A DNA stretch of 64,000 bases. Origin: Chrysomallon squamiferum (taxonomy: Eukaryota > Animalia > Mollusca). This document shows, piece by piece, positions 62,702-64,000 of this stretch (positions are counted from its first letter, which is position 1; each line of letters starts with the position of its first letter). The notes beneath the pieces were generated by a model that worked only from the letters and a program-made list of their open reading frames with translations, was not told where the DNA came from and made no database searches. Position numbers and translations under genes: made by a program. The DNA lies in the NCBI GenBank assembly GCA_012295275.1, contig CM022673.1, positions 2,356,001-2,420,000 of the forward strand. Reading direction: 5' to 3'.

Positions 62702-64000
62702 GATTATACTTTTTGTGTTTAATAAAAATAATTGACTGCATGCATTCTTTTGTTAGGATAGTTTACATCTCATTCATAACAAAATCCTGTTTGATTTATG
62801 GCGTAGTATCTTATAGAGAATGAAGTATATGAACTGTAAAAATTGTTTGTTAAATAATATTTTACTTAATAATTTTATATTTGATTTGTTGAAAAGATTT
62901 TTTTTTTTTTTTTTGACCATTTTTTAACTATTTAAGTTAAAGAAAAAGTAATGTTTAGTCATAACTGTTATAACACTGTTCTCTAGCTTAGAAACACCTT
63001 TTACATTTTATTTAATTTAATTTTTCACCATTTAAATCATTGGTGGTTCCATTTTTCTTCCTGGAAATGCATGTAAATATATTGAAATTGATTTGTGAAA
63101 GAAATAACATAGTTTACTCACCAGTAGGTAGTGGCATAAAAAATTTCATAAATGTTATTAAAACAAAAATTTAAAAAAAAAGCATGGAAAATTATATTTC
63201 TGTCTTTTTTCCAACAAAAGTTTAATCTAGTGGCCATCTCCAAGTTTAAAAACTTAAAAACTAAAAACAATACTGTTTTAAGAAAATGTGGCATTTGCCA
63301 ACTCACATTTTTAACAATTTTATACACAAAAGCTTGAAAACTCATAGACTTGAAGATTAAAATATAGATACTAATTTTTAATTTTTTTTCTAGATTCACC
63401 CCATTATGATTTAGCCCATGAAATGTGGCTCTAAAGCCTATATATTTTTTTTATAATGCAATAAAATGCATGTTCTAAATCTGATTGTTATAATTCAGAC
63501 AGCATTTTATCAAAACAAAAACAAGCAGTGTGCTGGAAAGAAGAAATGTTGCGTTTGATTCAGTCTTTATGCCAGTACCTATGAATAGAGGCTACAATAT
63601 TGCATGATTATTTTGTTTTCACCTGACGTAACAGAACAATGTATTTTATGTAATATCATTAGTTCATGTTCTTTATTCTTGTTGCCTTTGTAGGTGACTA
63701 ATTTTAGTCAATATGTTCTTGGTAATTTTTTTATTTTATAAGCACTAGGTTTGTTTTCCACTTGAAGTAACTTTGTTTATTTTAATGGAGTATAAATTTT
63801 TACTTTGTATGAAACATTGATTTTTAAAAAGAATTTTCTTCTCTTAAACCAGGGAGTATGAATGCATATTTAATATACAAATATTTAATGTCAGAATTAG
63901 CAGATTGGTTTCCATTCATATTTTCTCTTATGTTTTATGGTGCAGTTTTGATGTTTGGTTAGAGGAACTGATTTCACCTTTTTTATACAGCTTTGAATGT

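Overview
AT-rich, intron-rich animal genomic DNA. The gene set and repeat style suggest a mollusc, but this is an inference. Left ~24 kb: a minus-strand tandem array of DEATH-domain + SEFIR-domain (CIKS/Act1/TRAF3IP2-like) adaptor genes built on a ~10-12 kb tandem duplication (1..10927 matches 12247..20789). The middle gene looks like a chimera that joins the death domain and linker of one paralog (B) to the SEFIR exons of the other (A), using a splice donor that lies inside duplicated intron sequence. A decayed Mutator (MULE) transposon sits in intron 1 of the B copies. Right ~40 kb: SIRT6 (-), a perilipin (+, two alternative last exons, two HNF4-type DR1 sites in its promoter), mitochondrial release factor MTRF1L-like (-, very long N-terminal extension), CPSF3 (+, head-to-head with MTRF1L), an 854-bp foldback element, and a TMEM53/DUF829 alpha/beta-hydrolase (+). 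All exon structures were inferred by hand from GT-AG sites and frame continuity, without transcript data.
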